Notes: generated by a model not told the origin, from the sequence alone. A DNA stretch of 64,000 nucleotides from an uncultured Aminicenantes bacterium (GCA_965195285.1 CBDAFS010000058.1:1-64000), one strand, 5' to 3'. Counted from the first letter of the stretch, positions 28,904 through 40,041 are shown. A program made the numbers and translations.

Positions 28904-30790
28904 ATGAAAAACAGTCAGCGAGTTTTTTTATTTTTCGCTCTTCTGGTTTTTTTGATTTTTTTCCTGGTTCTGGAATTTCACCTGAATATTGTTTTCTTGC
29001 CTTTCACCTTCCTTTTTATCGGGATCGGCATTCGAATTTTTTTTAGATCCGATTATGTCATTGTTTTTACCTTTTTATTTCCCCTGACTCCGGCATTTGC
29101 ATTTTTTGAAAACCAGGGATTTCCCTTTAATTACCTGGTGTTGCCAATTATTCTCTTGACTGGAGTGGTTATCGGGGAATTGTTTTTAAATAGACAGAAG
29201 ATTTTTCAATTATTAGCTTATGTAAACAAATACTATTTACTCTTGTTATTATTTATTTCCATTTCTGTTGTATTTGTTATTTTGAGATGGTCAAATTTGA
29301 CTCTTTCATCCATTGCGGCATTTGCCAATACCCCGGTAGCGCCCCCTGATATTCGTTTTTCATTTGGGACTATATTCCCTTTGATTTATCTCCTGGTGTT
29401 TTTTATGTCACCGTTTTATTTTTTATACCTTCGGGAGATTGAGAATAAAAAAAGAGTTGTCATTGCTTTTCTCCTCGGGCATTCAGTTTCCATTTTGTTT
29501 TCTTTGATTCAAAATTTATTCAAGGTTAAATTGTTTTTATGGAAACCCTGCAATGGCCTGGCTTCGGATAATTCATCATTCGGATTTCTGAGTGCGACTG
29601 CATTGCTGCTCTCTGTTTATGTTTTTTTTAAATATGAAGAAAAACGGAAGGGGACATTTTTCTGTCTGATATCTTTACTGGGGATTTTAATTTCTCATTC
29701 CAGGTTGGGATTGATTGCGATTTTTTTCACAATATTTTATTTTTTGTTCAAGTTGAAAAAGAGGGAGTTGCTGATTTTTGTTATGATTGTCCTGGTGGTG
29801 ACCATTATCTCAGTTTGTTTTGTTCAGAACCTTGAAATATCGAGGGATATTTATTTTTTAAAGGAAATGAAAAAAAATATTGTCAATTTTCAACGGTTTA
29901 TCATTTCAGGAGAAAAGAATCCTGAGGTGGCCAGAAAATTCCTGGCCGGTAGGGAACAGGTCTGGATTTATGCCCTGAAAATAATAAAGGCCTATCCCTT
30001 ATGCGGCGTAGGCGTGGGAAATTTTCTTTTTTGGGTCATGTATGATCAATATGGACAGGACTATTTTCACGATCTGGTCGGGAATCAATACCTGTTTTTT
30101 TCATCCGGAATCGGGATTCTGGGGTTACTGGTTTTCTTGGTATTTTTGTATGGCATATGGGTGGGGAAAAAAGGTTTGGATAAATGGATATTTTCGTGTG
30201 TGTTGATCATATTTCTCTTTGGGAGTCATTTTTGGATTTCCGAGGCGTTTTTGTTGTTCTGGCTTTTGTGTTCACTGAACCATAGGGAAAAAAGTCGAGT
30301 GTTCATCAGAAAAAAACCTTTTTACTTGGTTTCAGGCCTGATAGTGGGGGTTTTTATTTTATCCAATGTTATCCAGTTCGGTGCACTCCATCCAAAAAAC
30401 TGGGCCAACGAAGTTAAAACCGATTATGATTATGGTTTCTGGTATCAGGAAAAGGATTCCAGAGGAAAACTTTTTTCCTGGACAGGAAAAAAGGCCGGAA
30501 TATACTTGGATTTGAATGAGCAGGGAAAATCCAAAAAAATTAAATTATTCTGTGGTGCCCCGCTTCAGGAATTGAAAGAAAAACAACAGAGCGTCAATAT
30601 TTATTGGAGGGGGCAATCCTATAAAAAGCTGATTTTTAAAGAAAACCAGGAATTTGAATTTCGTATAGATGATCAATCCCATGATGAGGGTTTTCTTGAG
30701 TTCAGGATAGAACCCGCTTTCAATCTTAGAAGAATGGGGCTCTCCGAGGAAGCCCGGGATCTGGGGGTCCAGTTTTATTATCCTGAATAA
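28904..30790 (+). CDS. O-antigen ligase/O-oligosaccharyltransferase-like membrane protein with C-terminal soluble domain
   Basis: Multi-TM; SHSRLG, GREQVW..A...I..YPLCGVGVGNF, N.YL....G.G.LG (Wzy_C-like); about 130-aa C-terminal beta domain ending RDLGV. Confidence 0.7.
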   Translation: MKNSQRVFLFFALLVFLIFFLVLEFHLNIVFLPFTFLFIGIGIRIFFRSDYVIVFTFLFPLTPAFAFFENQGFPFNYLVLPIILLTGVVIGELFLNRQKIFQLLAYVNKYYLLLLLFISISVVFVILRWSNLTLSSIAAFANTPVAPPDIRFSFGTIFPLIYLLVFFMSPFYFLYLREIENKKRVVIAFLLGHSVSILFSLIQNLFKVKLFLWKPCNGLASDNSSFGFLSATALLLSVYVFFKYEEKRKGTFFCLISLLGILISHSRLGLIAIFFTIFYFLFKLKKRELLIFVMIVLVVTIISVCFVQNLEISRDIYFLKEMKKNIVNFQRFIISGEKNPEVARKFLAGREQVWIYALKIIKAYPLCGVGVGNFLFWVMYDQYGQDYFHDLVGNQYLFFSSGIGILGLLVFLVFLYGIWVGKKGLDKWIFSCVLIIFLFGSHFWISEAFLLFWLLCSLNHREKSRVFIRKKPFYLVSGLIVGVFILSNVIQFGALHPKNWANEVKTDYDYGFWYQEKDSRGKLFSWTGKKAGIYLDLNEQGKSKKIKLFCGAPLQELKEKQQSVNIYWRGQSYKKLIFKENQEFEFRIDDQSHDEGFLEFRIEPAFNLRRMGLSEEARDLGVQFYYPE

Positions 30791-30830
30791 TTCTTAGGCC
30801 TTTATTCAAATATTTTCTTATGTCTTTTTT

Positions 30831-31016
30831 TTAAGAATAGGGAGATCTTCTGTTCAAGTTTACGGTAAGTGGGCAACTGCCGGTGAATGCTGAAATTAAG
30901 GTGAATATGCCGATCACTCCCAGCCAGTTCTTATAATAAACCCCCAGGCCAATCACCACCAGGGAGAGGAATACTCGAATATATTTAATGAAGGGATTTG
31001 TATTGCATTTTTTCAT
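30831..31016 (-). CDS. Small DUF2892/YgaP-like membrane protein
   Basis: MKKCN....K.IR...WLG.IG...L.SA..G.CPL; TATAAT 6 nt upstream of the ATG. Confidence 0.7.
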   Translation of the reverse strand: MKKCNTNPFIKYIRVFLSLVVIGLGVYYKNWLGVIGIFTLISAFTGSCPLTVNLNRRSPYS

Positions 31017-31047
31017 AACCATATTATACTATTGAAACGCAGGTATT

Positions 31048-33204
31048 TCAATTTTGGGATTCGTTTTCGAAAACCGATTTTAATCTCAGGGGGAGTAAGG
31101 TTCTTCGTAAATGAGGTGAGGAATTAAACACCGCTTTCTGAATGGTTGCCGGATCCGACAACAGGAAAATCCTTTTTTTTGCTCTGGTAACAGCTGTATA
31201 AAAAATTTCTCTGTTCAGCATAATCGAATGGGAAGGGAGCAATATCAGTACAACGATGTCATATTCAGATCCCTGTGATTTGTGAACAGAAATGGCATAA
31301 GCCAGGGCCAATTCATCAATTTCATTTTTATCGTATTCGACAAGATAACCATCATAATCCACCATCATCTTCTGTCCTTGGGGGGTAAAATCGGATATAA
31401 TTCCCATTTCACCATTGAATATTTCTTTGTCATAATTATTTTTTAATTGCATCACCTTATCCAATCGTTTAAACGTCGATTTTTCTCTTTTGATCAGTAA
31501 CGTTTCGGAATTAAATTGATTCTGTATGGTTTTGTTGACATTGTCGATTCCTGCTTCCCCTCTGTACATGGGGACCAAAATCTGTATTTCACTTGAATTG
31601 GGATTGTATTGATTTTTAAAATAGTTGATGATTCCCTTCACTTTTTGTATTACCTGCTGCTCACTTTTTATGGGAATAAAGACAAAATCCAGGTTTTCAC
31701 TATAGGGCGTTAGAATTAATGTGTCTCCGGTATTGATCCGATAGGCATTTTCGATGATCAAGCTATTTTCAGTCTGCCTGAAATTTCTATTGAGGTATAT
31801 GGTATTAAAATAGTCACTTTTTATGAGATCCCTTAGAATATTTCCGGGTCCCACCGATGGTAATTGATCTTTATCCCCTATAATAATTATTTTGGTCCTT
31901 GCCGGAATTGCCCTTAACAGTGAATAAAAGAGAAAAGAGTCAACCATGGAAAACTCATCAATAATAATGGCATCGGCAAGGAGCGGATTGTGTTCGTTAT
32001 GATAAAAATCTCTGGTCTCAGGATTCACCTTTAACATTCTATGAATGGTTGAGGCCGGGTAATGAGATGTTTCTTCAATACGTTTGGCGGCTCTTCCGGT
32101 TGGAGCTCCTATGAGAACCTGCTTGTTTTTTTCCAGGAATGCCTCAATGATGGCCCGGATGATTGTGGTTTTTCCTGTTCCGGGACCACCCGTAATAATG
32201 GTGAGGCTGTTCTGGATGGCAGAATTAATGGCAGCTTCTTGCTCCTCACTTAATTGTATAGCAAGTCTTTGCTGGATCTGAGCGGTATTGATTTCCCATT
32301 TTTCCTCTTTCTCATGGGATTCGGCGATTTTAAATAGAAATGCAGCAATGTTTTTTTCAATATAATAATTTTTGGCACTGGCTATAATTTTTTCAGGAAT
32401 ATTTTCTTTGATTAATTCCTGTCTGCCAATCTTGTTTTCAATTCCCCTGGATATGATTTCGCTGTCCAGGTTTAAAAGGATTGAACATCGTTCTGTCAAC
32501 TCCTCATCGGGTAAAAACAGATCTCCTTGGTGCTGTTCACTCTGGGAAATAATGAAATCGATTCCTTTGCTGACCCGGTTGGGATCATTTTTGGAAATTC
32601 CAAATCCACTGGCAATGGTATCGGCAATTTTGAAGCCAATGCCCTTTACCTTATCGATCATGCAATAGGGGTTGCTTTCGCAGATTTCAAATGCCCGGTC
32701 TCCGAATTCTCTGTATATCTTAAAAATTGTTTCGGTTCCGATACCGTATGGTGACAGTTTTATGGTCAGGTTTCTCAGGATTTTATTTTCCAAGATATTC
32801 TTCTTTATTTCCTCTATGATCGGTTTCCGTATTCCTTTTATGGTCGATAATTGTTTGGGATCTTCTTCCAGTATTTTAAGGGTTAAAAGTCCGAAAGCCC
32901 GGACAATTTTTTTTGCCGTAATCTTCCCGACTCCTTTGACCCTGGTAATTAAATACTTTTCGATTCCTTCTGTGTCCTGGGGTTGAATGAACTTGAAATT
33001 GAGTACTTTGAGCTGATTGCCAAATCGGGGATGGACAATGGGTTCGGCTTCAATCTCCAGAAAATCACCCTCTTTGACATCAAACAGATTGCCCACAATA
33101 ATTTTGCTGTCCCGAGATCCGGTTATTGATGCCTTAAAGACACCAAATCCGGTTTCCTGGGAAACGAAAATTCTTTTTTGTACTTTAACTTTTTGATTGA
33201 ACAA
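31048..33204 (-). CDS. recD2: ATP-dependent RecD2-like DNA helicase
   Basis: HhH motifs, TGGPGTGKTT, APTGRAAKR, DEFSMVD, GDKDQLPSVGPG, AYAISVHKSQGSEY. Confidence 0.93.
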   Translation of the reverse strand: MFNQKVKVQKRIFVSQETGFGVFKASITGSRDSKIIVGNLFDVKEGDFLEIEAEPIVHPRFGNQLKVLNFKFIQPQDTEGIEKYLITRVKGVGKITAKKIVRAFGLLTLKILEEDPKQLSTIKGIRKPIIEEIKKNILENKILRNLTIKLSPYGIGTETIFKIYREFGDRAFEICESNPYCMIDKVKGIGFKIADTIASGFGISKNDPNRVSKGIDFIISQSEQHQGDLFLPDEELTERCSILLNLDSEIISRGIENKIGRQELIKENIPEKIIASAKNYYIEKNIAAFLFKIAESHEKEEKWEINTAQIQQRLAIQLSEEQEAAINSAIQNSLTIITGGPGTGKTTIIRAIIEAFLEKNKQVLIGAPTGRAAKRIEETSHYPASTIHRMLKVNPETRDFYHNEHNPLLADAIIIDEFSMVDSFLFYSLLRAIPARTKIIIIGDKDQLPSVGPGNILRDLIKSDYFNTIYLNRNFRQTENSLIIENAYRINTGDTLILTPYSENLDFVFIPIKSEQQVIQKVKGIINYFKNQYNPNSSEIQILVPMYRGEAGIDNVNKTIQNQFNSETLLIKREKSTFKRLDKVMQLKNNYDKEIFNGEMGIISDFTPQGQKMMVDYDGYLVEYDKNEIDELALAYAISVHKSQGSEYDIVVLILLPSHSIMLNREIFYTAVTRAKKRIFLLSDPATIQKAVFNSSPHLRRTLLPLRLKSVFENESQN

Positions 33205-33520
33205 AATTAATTATTATCACCGAATTTTTCTTGATTCTTATGGCTTTCATTTTTCCTGGGGTCGAATGGTAAAAAACAAAGAATGATCATTGAACCCATA
33301 CCGAAATTAAATTGACTTGGGAATCCATTTTTTTCAAATACATTATACAAAACCAGGAAGGTAATGAAAAGAAAAATCAGATTTCAAATATGTAGATGAA
33401 TGCTCCGATTTTGATGAATAAAGAGGATGAAGTGGAAAAAGATAGAATTATAGGCTTTTGAGGTTGAAAAAATAGAGAATTTATGGCATATTATTTGTTG
33501 TTACTGAAATTTGGTATTAA

Positions 33521-35275
33521 ATGGATATAAAGGATCAAGTCAAGAGAGAAATTTCAATTGTAGAAGTTGCTTCTATGTATGTTGACCTCAAGCCTGCCGG
33601 AAAATATCTAAAAGCATTGTGTCCTTTTCATTCGGAAAAAACCCCCTCTTTTTTTGTGATGCCGGAAAAAAATACCTATACCTGTTTCGGTTGCAATCGC
33701 TTTGGTGATATTTTTACCCTGGTCCAGGAAATGGAAAATTTGGGTTTTATGGAGGCCATGAATTTCCTGATTGAGAGGTTTCAATTGCCTATCCAGAAAT
33801 CGGATTCTCAAAAACGGATAAAAATAGAGCCCTATATGGAAATCAGTCAGATGGCTAATGTCTACTTTGTAAACAATTTGAAGAATTCTCAATCGGGGAA
33901 AAAGGCAGTAGAATATCTGCGGGAAAGAGGGCTCCAGCCGGAAATCATGGAATTATTTCAACTGGGCTATTCCGAAGATAGATGGGACGGACTTTATGGT
34001 TTTTTAACGAATAAGAATTGCGACATTCCCAAAGCCATTGAACTGGGCTTGCTGATAAAAAATGAAAAAGGTCGGGTGTATGACCGATTCAGGGACAGAA
34101 TAATTTTTCCGATTTTTTCTGAATCAGGATCGATTATTGCCTTCGGAGGGCGATCATTTACGGGTGAGGGCAGTAAGTATTTGAATTCTCCGGACACACC
34201 GTTATTTAAGAAAGGTAAACATCTGTATGGATTCCATCTGGCCAAGAATGCCATCCGTGAAAAAAAACAAACCATATTGGTGGAGGGATATTTTGATATG
34301 ATTTCTCTTTATCAAAATGGAATTCAAACAGCCGTGGCGTCCATGGGTACTGCCTTAACCGAGGTTCAGATAAATATACTAAAACGGTTTGCCGATAAAA
34401 TATATATGTTTTATGATACCGATACGGCAGGTGTAGAGGCTACTATCCGTGGTATTGAAAAAATGTTTCTGCAGAATATAAACCCTCTCATTATCGGTTC
34501 CAGTAGCGCCAAGGATCCGGATGATTTTATTAGAGAAAATGACATTAATGCATTTGAGAAATTACTGGCAAGGTCTGTTTCGGGATTTAAATTTGTTTTG
34601 GATAAAATTTCCCGGGATTACCCTCTGGAAATTCCGGAAAGGAAGCGAGATGCCCTTGAAGAGGCCAAGGTTTTTTTAAGTAAACTTGAGGACCCGTTGA
34701 TTCGCGATGGGTATCGGATATTGGCGGCTGATTTTTTTAAAGTAGATCCGTCCGCCCTGAATCAGGAAAAGAGGGAATCGGCATCTCCAAAGCATGACAT
34801 ATTCCCCCTGATGATCAAAATCGATGAGAAAGAATTCATAGAATGCATACTGATTGCACCAAAATTTATTCAAGAAATAAAAGAATTGTTTACCGATGAG
34901 ATCATGTCTGTTCTTTCATCCAAGAATATTATCAGCTCAATTTTTAAAAACTTTAATCCCAAGGCGAATGAATTTAATTATAAACAAATCTCAGCAGATA
35001 TTAATGATGCTGAACGGGCTCGATTTAATCAGATATTATTTTCGATAGAAAATATTAATTTGGGAAAATCTCAGATAGCTGAAAAGATCGAAGCCAGTTT
35101 TTTAAGTTTTCAAAACACCCTTAACGAACGGAGCATAACCCGGTTTAATCAGGAAATAAGAATTGCCGAACGTGATGATAATATTGACAAGGTGACTCAA
35201 CTTATGAAGCGAAAAACTAAGTATATCAGAGAGAAACGAAAATTAAACGGAGGGAATACGGTTGAAACAACATAA
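33521..35275 (+). CDS. dnaG: DNA primase
   Basis: [11 protein letters not shown]...CFGC zinc finger, [25 protein letters not shown]. Confidence 0.97.
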   Translation: MDIKDQVKREISIVEVASMYVDLKPAGKYLKALCPFHSEKTPSFFVMPEKNTYTCFGCNRFGDIFTLVQEMENLGFMEAMNFLIERFQLPIQKSDSQKRIKIEPYMEISQMANVYFVNNLKNSQSGKKAVEYLRERGLQPEIMELFQLGYSEDRWDGLYGFLTNKNCDIPKAIELGLLIKNEKGRVYDRFRDRIIFPIFSESGSIIAFGGRSFTGEGSKYLNSPDTPLFKKGKHLYGFHLAKNAIREKKQTILVEGYFDMISLYQNGIQTAVASMGTALTEVQINILKRFADKIYMFYDTDTAGVEATIRGIEKMFLQNINPLIIGSSSAKDPDDFIRENDINAFEKLLARSVSGFKFVLDKISRDYPLEIPERKRDALEEAKVFLSKLEDPLIRDGYRILAADFFKVDPSALNQEKRESASPKHDIFPLMIKIDEKEFIECILIAPKFIQEIKELFTDEIMSVLSSKNIISSIFKNFNPKANEFNYKQISADINDAERARFNQILFSIENINLGKSQIAEKIEASFLSFQNTLNERSITRFNQEIRIAERDDNIDKVTQLMKRKTKYIREKRKLNGGNTVETT

Positions 35276-37160
35276 GGCCAAAGAAGAGTCGAGCGGAAAA
35301 CCAGAGAAGTCCAAAGTTGATAATCGAAAGAAATCAGCAAAGCAGCCTGAAATTTCTCAACACATTATCGATGAATTGGCTCAGATGGCCGGAAGCAACG
35401 ACAATAAATTGAATGGAGAAGATTTTACCGCCTTTCTGGAAAATAATAATTTGCTGGTGCAAAAGAAGAAGATCACTTCGATCTTGGCGTCTCAAAATAT
35501 TAAAATAAAACGATCCCAAAATATTATAAACCCCGAGCGTTTAAAACTTTATAATGAATTTTTAAATGTTTACAAAAAGGAGCTAAAAGTGATAATGCGC
35601 CGGGCCAAGAAAAATTTTGGCATGGTTGAAAGTACTTTTATTTATAAAGTTTTTGAAACCGAGGAAATATTCAAGAAAAACCTCAAGTTTTTAAGACACT
35701 ATCTGAAGGAAAATGAAGTGAAAATCATAAAGGTCCCCAAGACCAGATCCACTAAAATGACTGATGAAAAGAGTGAAATTGTCGGAGATCCGGTCAGACA
35801 GTATTTACGGGAAATGGGCCATGTCAATCTTTTATCGCGAAATGAAGAGATTAATATTGCTAAAAAAATTGAAAGGGGTGAAAAAAAGATAATCAAATCG
35901 TTATCCAAAACCAATATCGTTCTAAATTCGGTTATTGAATTGGGAAGGGATGTCCTGGAAGGAGTAAAGGATATTGATGAGGTCATTGATGTGAATGAAG
36001 ATCTATATGATGAATCCAAGAAGCAGGCAGTTAGGGATAAATTTTTAAAACAGTTTGAGAATCTGAACCGGTTTAAAAGAGAGTTGAAAATCATTAAGAA
36101 GTCAAAGATCTCAAATTTTATGATTGCCAAGAAAATGTTGGAAATCACCCATTTGATTCAAAGCATGTCAATTCTTTATGAGCACAAAAAAACCTTCGTT
36201 AACAAAATTGAGCAGCTGAAAGAAAACTACAATCATGTTGAGAACCGAATCAGGAAACTAAATACAGAAGCTGAAAATTTATCCAAAAGAAGCAGAGCTT
36301 ACAAAAACCTGATGGTGGAAATTGATAACTATCGGACCCGGTTGAATAAGCTGAATAAAAAATATGAGATAAATCCCGAGGACCTTTTCAAAACCTGTGC
36401 TGATATTGAAGAAGGGCAGCGTTTAATCGAGTTATCCAAGAATGATTTGGTCGAATCCAATTTAAGATTGGTGGTTTCGATTGCCAAGAAGTATATAAAC
36501 AGGGGGTTACAGTTTTCAGATTTAATCCAGGAAGGGAATATCGGCTTGATGAAGGCAGTGGAAAAATTTGAATATCAAAGGGGGTACAAATTTTCTACCT
36601 ATGCGACCTGGTGGATCCGGCAGGCCATAACCAGAGCCATCGCTGATCAAGCCCGTACCATAAGAATCCCCGTTCATATGATTGAGACGATTTATAAAAT
36701 AAACCGCACCCAGCGTCGTCTGGTCCAGGAACTGGGCCGGGAACCTACCGAAGAGGAAATTGCCAACGAGACCGGATTTTCTACTGAAAAGACAAGGAAA
36801 ATATTGAAAATCGCCCAGGAACCCATTTCACTTGAAACCCCGGTTGGAGATGATGATTCTTATCTCAGGGATTTCTTAGAGGATGACAAGACGGTATCAC
36901 CTCCTGAAATTGTTTCTCAGATGAATCTGAGAGAGCAGCTGGAACTCATCCTCTCATCTCTAACTGAAAGGGAGGCCAAAGTCATTCAAAGACGCTTCGG
37001 ATTGATTGACGGAAATGAACATACCCTTGAAGAAGTGGGGCAGGAATTTCAGGTAACCCGGGAAAGAATCAGACAGATTGAAGCCAAAGCCCTCAGAAAA
37101 TTGAAAAAAAAGGCCAAAAGGTTGGTCACTTTTTTAGATAAACCCGAAGAATTCAAGTAA
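35262..37160 (+). CDS. rpoD: Primary sigma factor RpoD
   Basis: [73 protein letters not shown]; follows dnaG; SD GGAGG. Confidence 0.96.
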   Translation: MKQHKAKEESSGKPEKSKVDNRKKSAKQPEISQHIIDELAQMAGSNDNKLNGEDFTAFLENNNLLVQKKKITSILASQNIKIKRSQNIINPERLKLYNEFLNVYKKELKVIMRRAKKNFGMVESTFIYKVFETEEIFKKNLKFLRHYLKENEVKIIKVPKTRSTKMTDEKSEIVGDPVRQYLREMGHVNLLSRNEEINIAKKIERGEKKIIKSLSKTNIVLNSVIELGRDVLEGVKDIDEVIDVNEDLYDESKKQAVRDKFLKQFENLNRFKRELKIIKKSKISNFMIAKKMLEITHLIQSMSILYEHKKTFVNKIEQLKENYNHVENRIRKLNTEAENLSKRSRAYKNLMVEIDNYRTRLNKLNKKYEINPEDLFKTCADIEEGQRLIELSKNDLVESNLRLVVSIAKKYINRGLQFSDLIQEGNIGLMKAVEKFEYQRGYKFSTYATWWIRQAITRAIADQARTIRIPVHMIETIYKINRTQRRLVQELGREPTEEEIANETGFSTEKTRKILKIAQEPISLETPVGDDDSYLRDFLEDDKTVSPPEIVSQMNLREQLELILSSLTEREAKVIQRRFGLIDGNEHTLEEVGQEFQVTRERIRQIEAKALRKLKKKAKRLVTFLDKPEEFK

Positions 37161-37170
37161 GATTTTTGTG

Positions 37171-38100
37171 TTATTCGGTTATCTCATCTTTTTTTTCTTG
37201 TCCCCGAGGATGAAACTGATCGTATATTTGCTTAACCTTATCCCTGGAAACATGGGTGTATATTTCTGTAGTTGAAATGCTGGAATGACCGAGCATCATT
37301 TGGATAGATCGTAAATCAGCTCCTTTTTCAACCAGATGGGTGGCAAAGGAATGTCTCAGGGTATGGGGAGTCAGTATTGAGCCAATTCCCATTTGTTTTC
37401 CATAGCCCTTTATTATTTTCCAGAGTCCCTGTCGACTCAGTGAATGTCCCCTGTGGTTGAGGAAAACATATTGGGTATCTTTGATTCTTAAAATACCAGT
37501 TCGAGTTTCATCCAAATATGCTTTCAGGCATTGTTTTGCCTTTTCTCCCAGGGGAATAATCCGTTCCCGGTTTCCTTTTCCCAGAACCCTGATAAAACTA
37601 TCGTCCATAAAAATATTTTTTATTTTCAATTGGGTGACTTCGGAAATTCTTAATCCAGTTCCGTACATTAATTCCAATATGGCTTTATTCCGTATACCCA
37701 GAGAGGTGGATGTGTCCGGGGTATTCAGCAGGGCATCAATCTGTTGAATGGAAAGGTAATGAGGTAACACTTTCCATTTTTTGGGGAATTCAAGGTCGGA
37801 AACCGGGTTGCTATCCAGTTTCCCCTCTGAAACCAGATACTTATAAAAACTCTTTAAGACTGAAATCAAATGAGATTGTGTGGCCAGTGAAATTCCCTTA
37901 AGTGCTTCTGATTTAATAAATTCAATGACCTGTGAATCGGAGAGAGCTGAATGACTGATTTTTTTTAGAGATAAATGTTTTTGAAGTTTTCTTAGCTGCT
38001 GTTTATAGGATTCAATGGTATTGAGGGAAAGTCCTTTTTCCATTTCCACAAAAGTCAAATAAGATTGCATATCATTGATGAATTCAGTTCGGTCAAACAT
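37171..38100 (-). CDS. xerD: Site-specific tyrosine recombinase XerD
   Basis: GLRISE, GKGNRER, PHTLRHSFATHL, GADLRSIQMMLGH, TTEIYTHV. Confidence 0.9.
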   Translation of the reverse strand: MFDRTEFINDMQSYLTFVEMEKGLSLNTIESYKQQLRKLQKHLSLKKISHSALSDSQVIEFIKSEALKGISLATQSHLISVLKSFYKYLVSEGKLDSNPVSDLEFPKKWKVLPHYLSIQQIDALLNTPDTSTSLGIRNKAILELMYGTGLRISEVTQLKIKNIFMDDSFIRVLGKGNRERIIPLGEKAKQCLKAYLDETRTGILRIKDTQYVFLNHRGHSLSRQGLWKIIKGYGKQMGIGSILTPHTLRHSFATHLVEKGADLRSIQMMLGHSSISTTEIYTHVSRDKVKQIYDQFHPRGQEKKDEITE

Positions 38101-38127
38101 GATGTTTTGTGGTATGGGAAATCTTAT

Positions 38128-39336
38128 TCAAGCGCCGTATTTTTTAAATTTTAAGGCATGAGCCATCATCAATGGAAGAATGTCGATAGAATAAAACCGG
38201 CCCAGAACACCTCTGGCGCATTCGATCTCTGAGAAGCTTTCCGGTTTCCAGGGATTTAATCGATTATAGGGTGATTTTATCAGTAACGGATTGGGATGCC
38301 ATGAATGTGATTTCATGATGCTGGGTGTTGAATGATCGCTGGTTATGACCAGAGTTTGGGGATTCAATTTGAGGATTTCTGGCAGAATTTTATCAAATTC
38401 TTCAATGGTTTTGACCTTATTATTGAAGTCTCCATCCTCGCCGTAAGAGTCGGTTTTTTTTATGTGCATGAAGAAAAAGTTGTACTCAGTGTAATGTTTT
38501 TTCAGGGTTTTAACCTCTTCACGAATGGTTGATCCGGTATCCAATATATCCATTCCTACCAATTGGGCAAGTCCCCTGTACATTGGGTAACTGGCGATGG
38601 CCGCAGTTTTTAAACGAAACAATTCCTGCATAGATGGAATAGACGGATATCTGGCAGTACCCCTCAGCAAACAGGTATTTACCGGTTTTTGGCCGCTAAG
38701 CTCTTCAGTAACCCGGATAATAAATTTGTTTAAGATCTTAGCGGTTCTTTCAGCTTGAGGTGACTTTGCCTTGGAGTACAATATGGGTTTATCAATGACT
38801 TCCGGATCAGCATCGGTCACATCATCGCTCAGTCCCCCTCCTCTTAAGAGGAGTACGAATCTGTGTTCCTCTCCGGAAAAAAGTTTTATTTTAACATCTT
38901 CAATCCAGTTGATTTTTTCATCCAGGTAAGCGATGATTTCTCGATTTTTTTTGGATGATATTCTTCCGGCTCTGCGATCGGTTATGATTCCATTTTCCTG
39001 GGTGGCAAAATTCCCCCTGATGGCAATATCATCTTTCTCTACCTTTATCCCCACTCCCAGAGCCTCCAGTATCCCTCTTCCGATTGAATACCTGAGAGGG
39101 TCATAGCCAAAGAGGGCCAGATGGGCCGGACCGCTTCCCGGGGTAATCCCCATGGAAATGGGAAGGGTTAATCCCAATTCGCTTTCGGCAGCCAATTGGT
39201 TGAGGTTGGGTTTCTTGGCAGTTTCAAGTTCGGTTTTCTGGTTCACCGGAAGCCCACCAAGGCCGTCCAGAATGATCATGATCATTCTGTTGTCATTTTC
39301 CAAACTGATTTTTCGGTATAAAGATTCTTTGTCCAT
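38128..39336 (-). CDS. apgM: 2,3-BPG-independent phosphoglycerate mutase (ApgM type)
   Basis: LDGLGG, TPGSGPAHLALFGYDP, KKTDSYGEDG, SDHSTP, HSWHP. Confidence 0.9.
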   Translation of the reverse strand: MDKESLYRKISLENDNRMIMIILDGLGGLPVNQKTELETAKKPNLNQLAAESELGLTLPISMGITPGSGPAHLALFGYDPLRYSIGRGILEALGVGIKVEKDDIAIRGNFATQENGIITDRRAGRISSKKNREIIAYLDEKINWIEDVKIKLFSGEEHRFVLLLRGGGLSDDVTDADPEVIDKPILYSKAKSPQAERTAKILNKFIIRVTEELSGQKPVNTCLLRGTARYPSIPSMQELFRLKTAAIASYPMYRGLAQLVGMDILDTGSTIREEVKTLKKHYTEYNFFFMHIKKTDSYGEDGDFNNKVKTIEEFDKILPEILKLNPQTLVITSDHSTPSIMKSHSWHPNPLLIKSPYNRLNPWKPESFSEIECARGVLGRFYSIDILPLMMAHALKFKKYGA

Positions 39337-39463
39337 TTTGCCTCAATATCATTATGACCATAATAGTCAGAAAAATCAAGAATTATATTTTATAGAAAAG
39401 TCGAGGTTTTATTGCAAATATTTTGATTATTCATTAAACTTTTTGTAAAAGGAGACTTGGAAT

Positions 39464-39982
39464 ATGAACTTTCACGATGTGATCAAACAAAGAAGGAGTA
39501 TCAGAGATTATTTACCGGACAAAAACATACCGGATGAGGTACTTATTAGAATCCTCGAGGCCGGCCGCATAGCCCCTTCAGCTGCCAATCGACAGCCCTG
39601 GAAAATTATGGCCATCAAAGATAAAAACCTGCGCCAACGGGTATGTGAAAGTTATAAAGGGAAATGGTTGAGAAATGCTCCGGTTATCCTGGTGGTTGTT
39701 GGTTACCGGGAACAGGCCTGGGTCAGGCCAAAGGACCGACATAGCAGTATGGAAGTGGATCTGACCATTACCATGGACCATATGATTTTAGCCGCAGCAG
39801 CAGAAGGTATCGGAACCTGCTGGATAATGGCATTTGATTATTATATTCTCAAGCAGGTGTTGAATCTAAAAGACAATCAATTTGTATCCTGTATTACTCC
39901 TCTGGGTTATCCTTCAGAGCGATCCCTGAAGGAAGAAGATTCTTTTCGAAAGGAATTTGATGAGGTTGTGGAAATTGTTTGA
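39464..39982 (+). CDS. Nitroreductase family protein
   Basis: RRSIRDY, APSAANRQPW, GIGTCWI, LGYP. Confidence 0.9.
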   Translation: MNFHDVIKQRRSIRDYLPDKNIPDEVLIRILEAGRIAPSAANRQPWKIMAIKDKNLRQRVCESYKGKWLRNAPVILVVVGYREQAWVRPKDRHSSMEVDLTITMDHMILAAAAEGIGTCWIMAFDYYILKQVLNLKDNQFVSCITPLGYPSERSLKEEDSFRKEFDEVVEIV

Positions 39983-40041
39983 TTCGAGCTTTTGGGTCTT
40001 TATATTCGCATCCGCCCGGGAAATATAACCAGTCATTGGTT

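Noticed and set aside
37171-38100. Tyrosine recombinase as a sign of a prophage or integrative element
   Set aside because: The sequence has the typical XerD signature (GADLRSIQMMLGH), its neighbours are housekeeping genes, and no att repeats or phage genes are visible.
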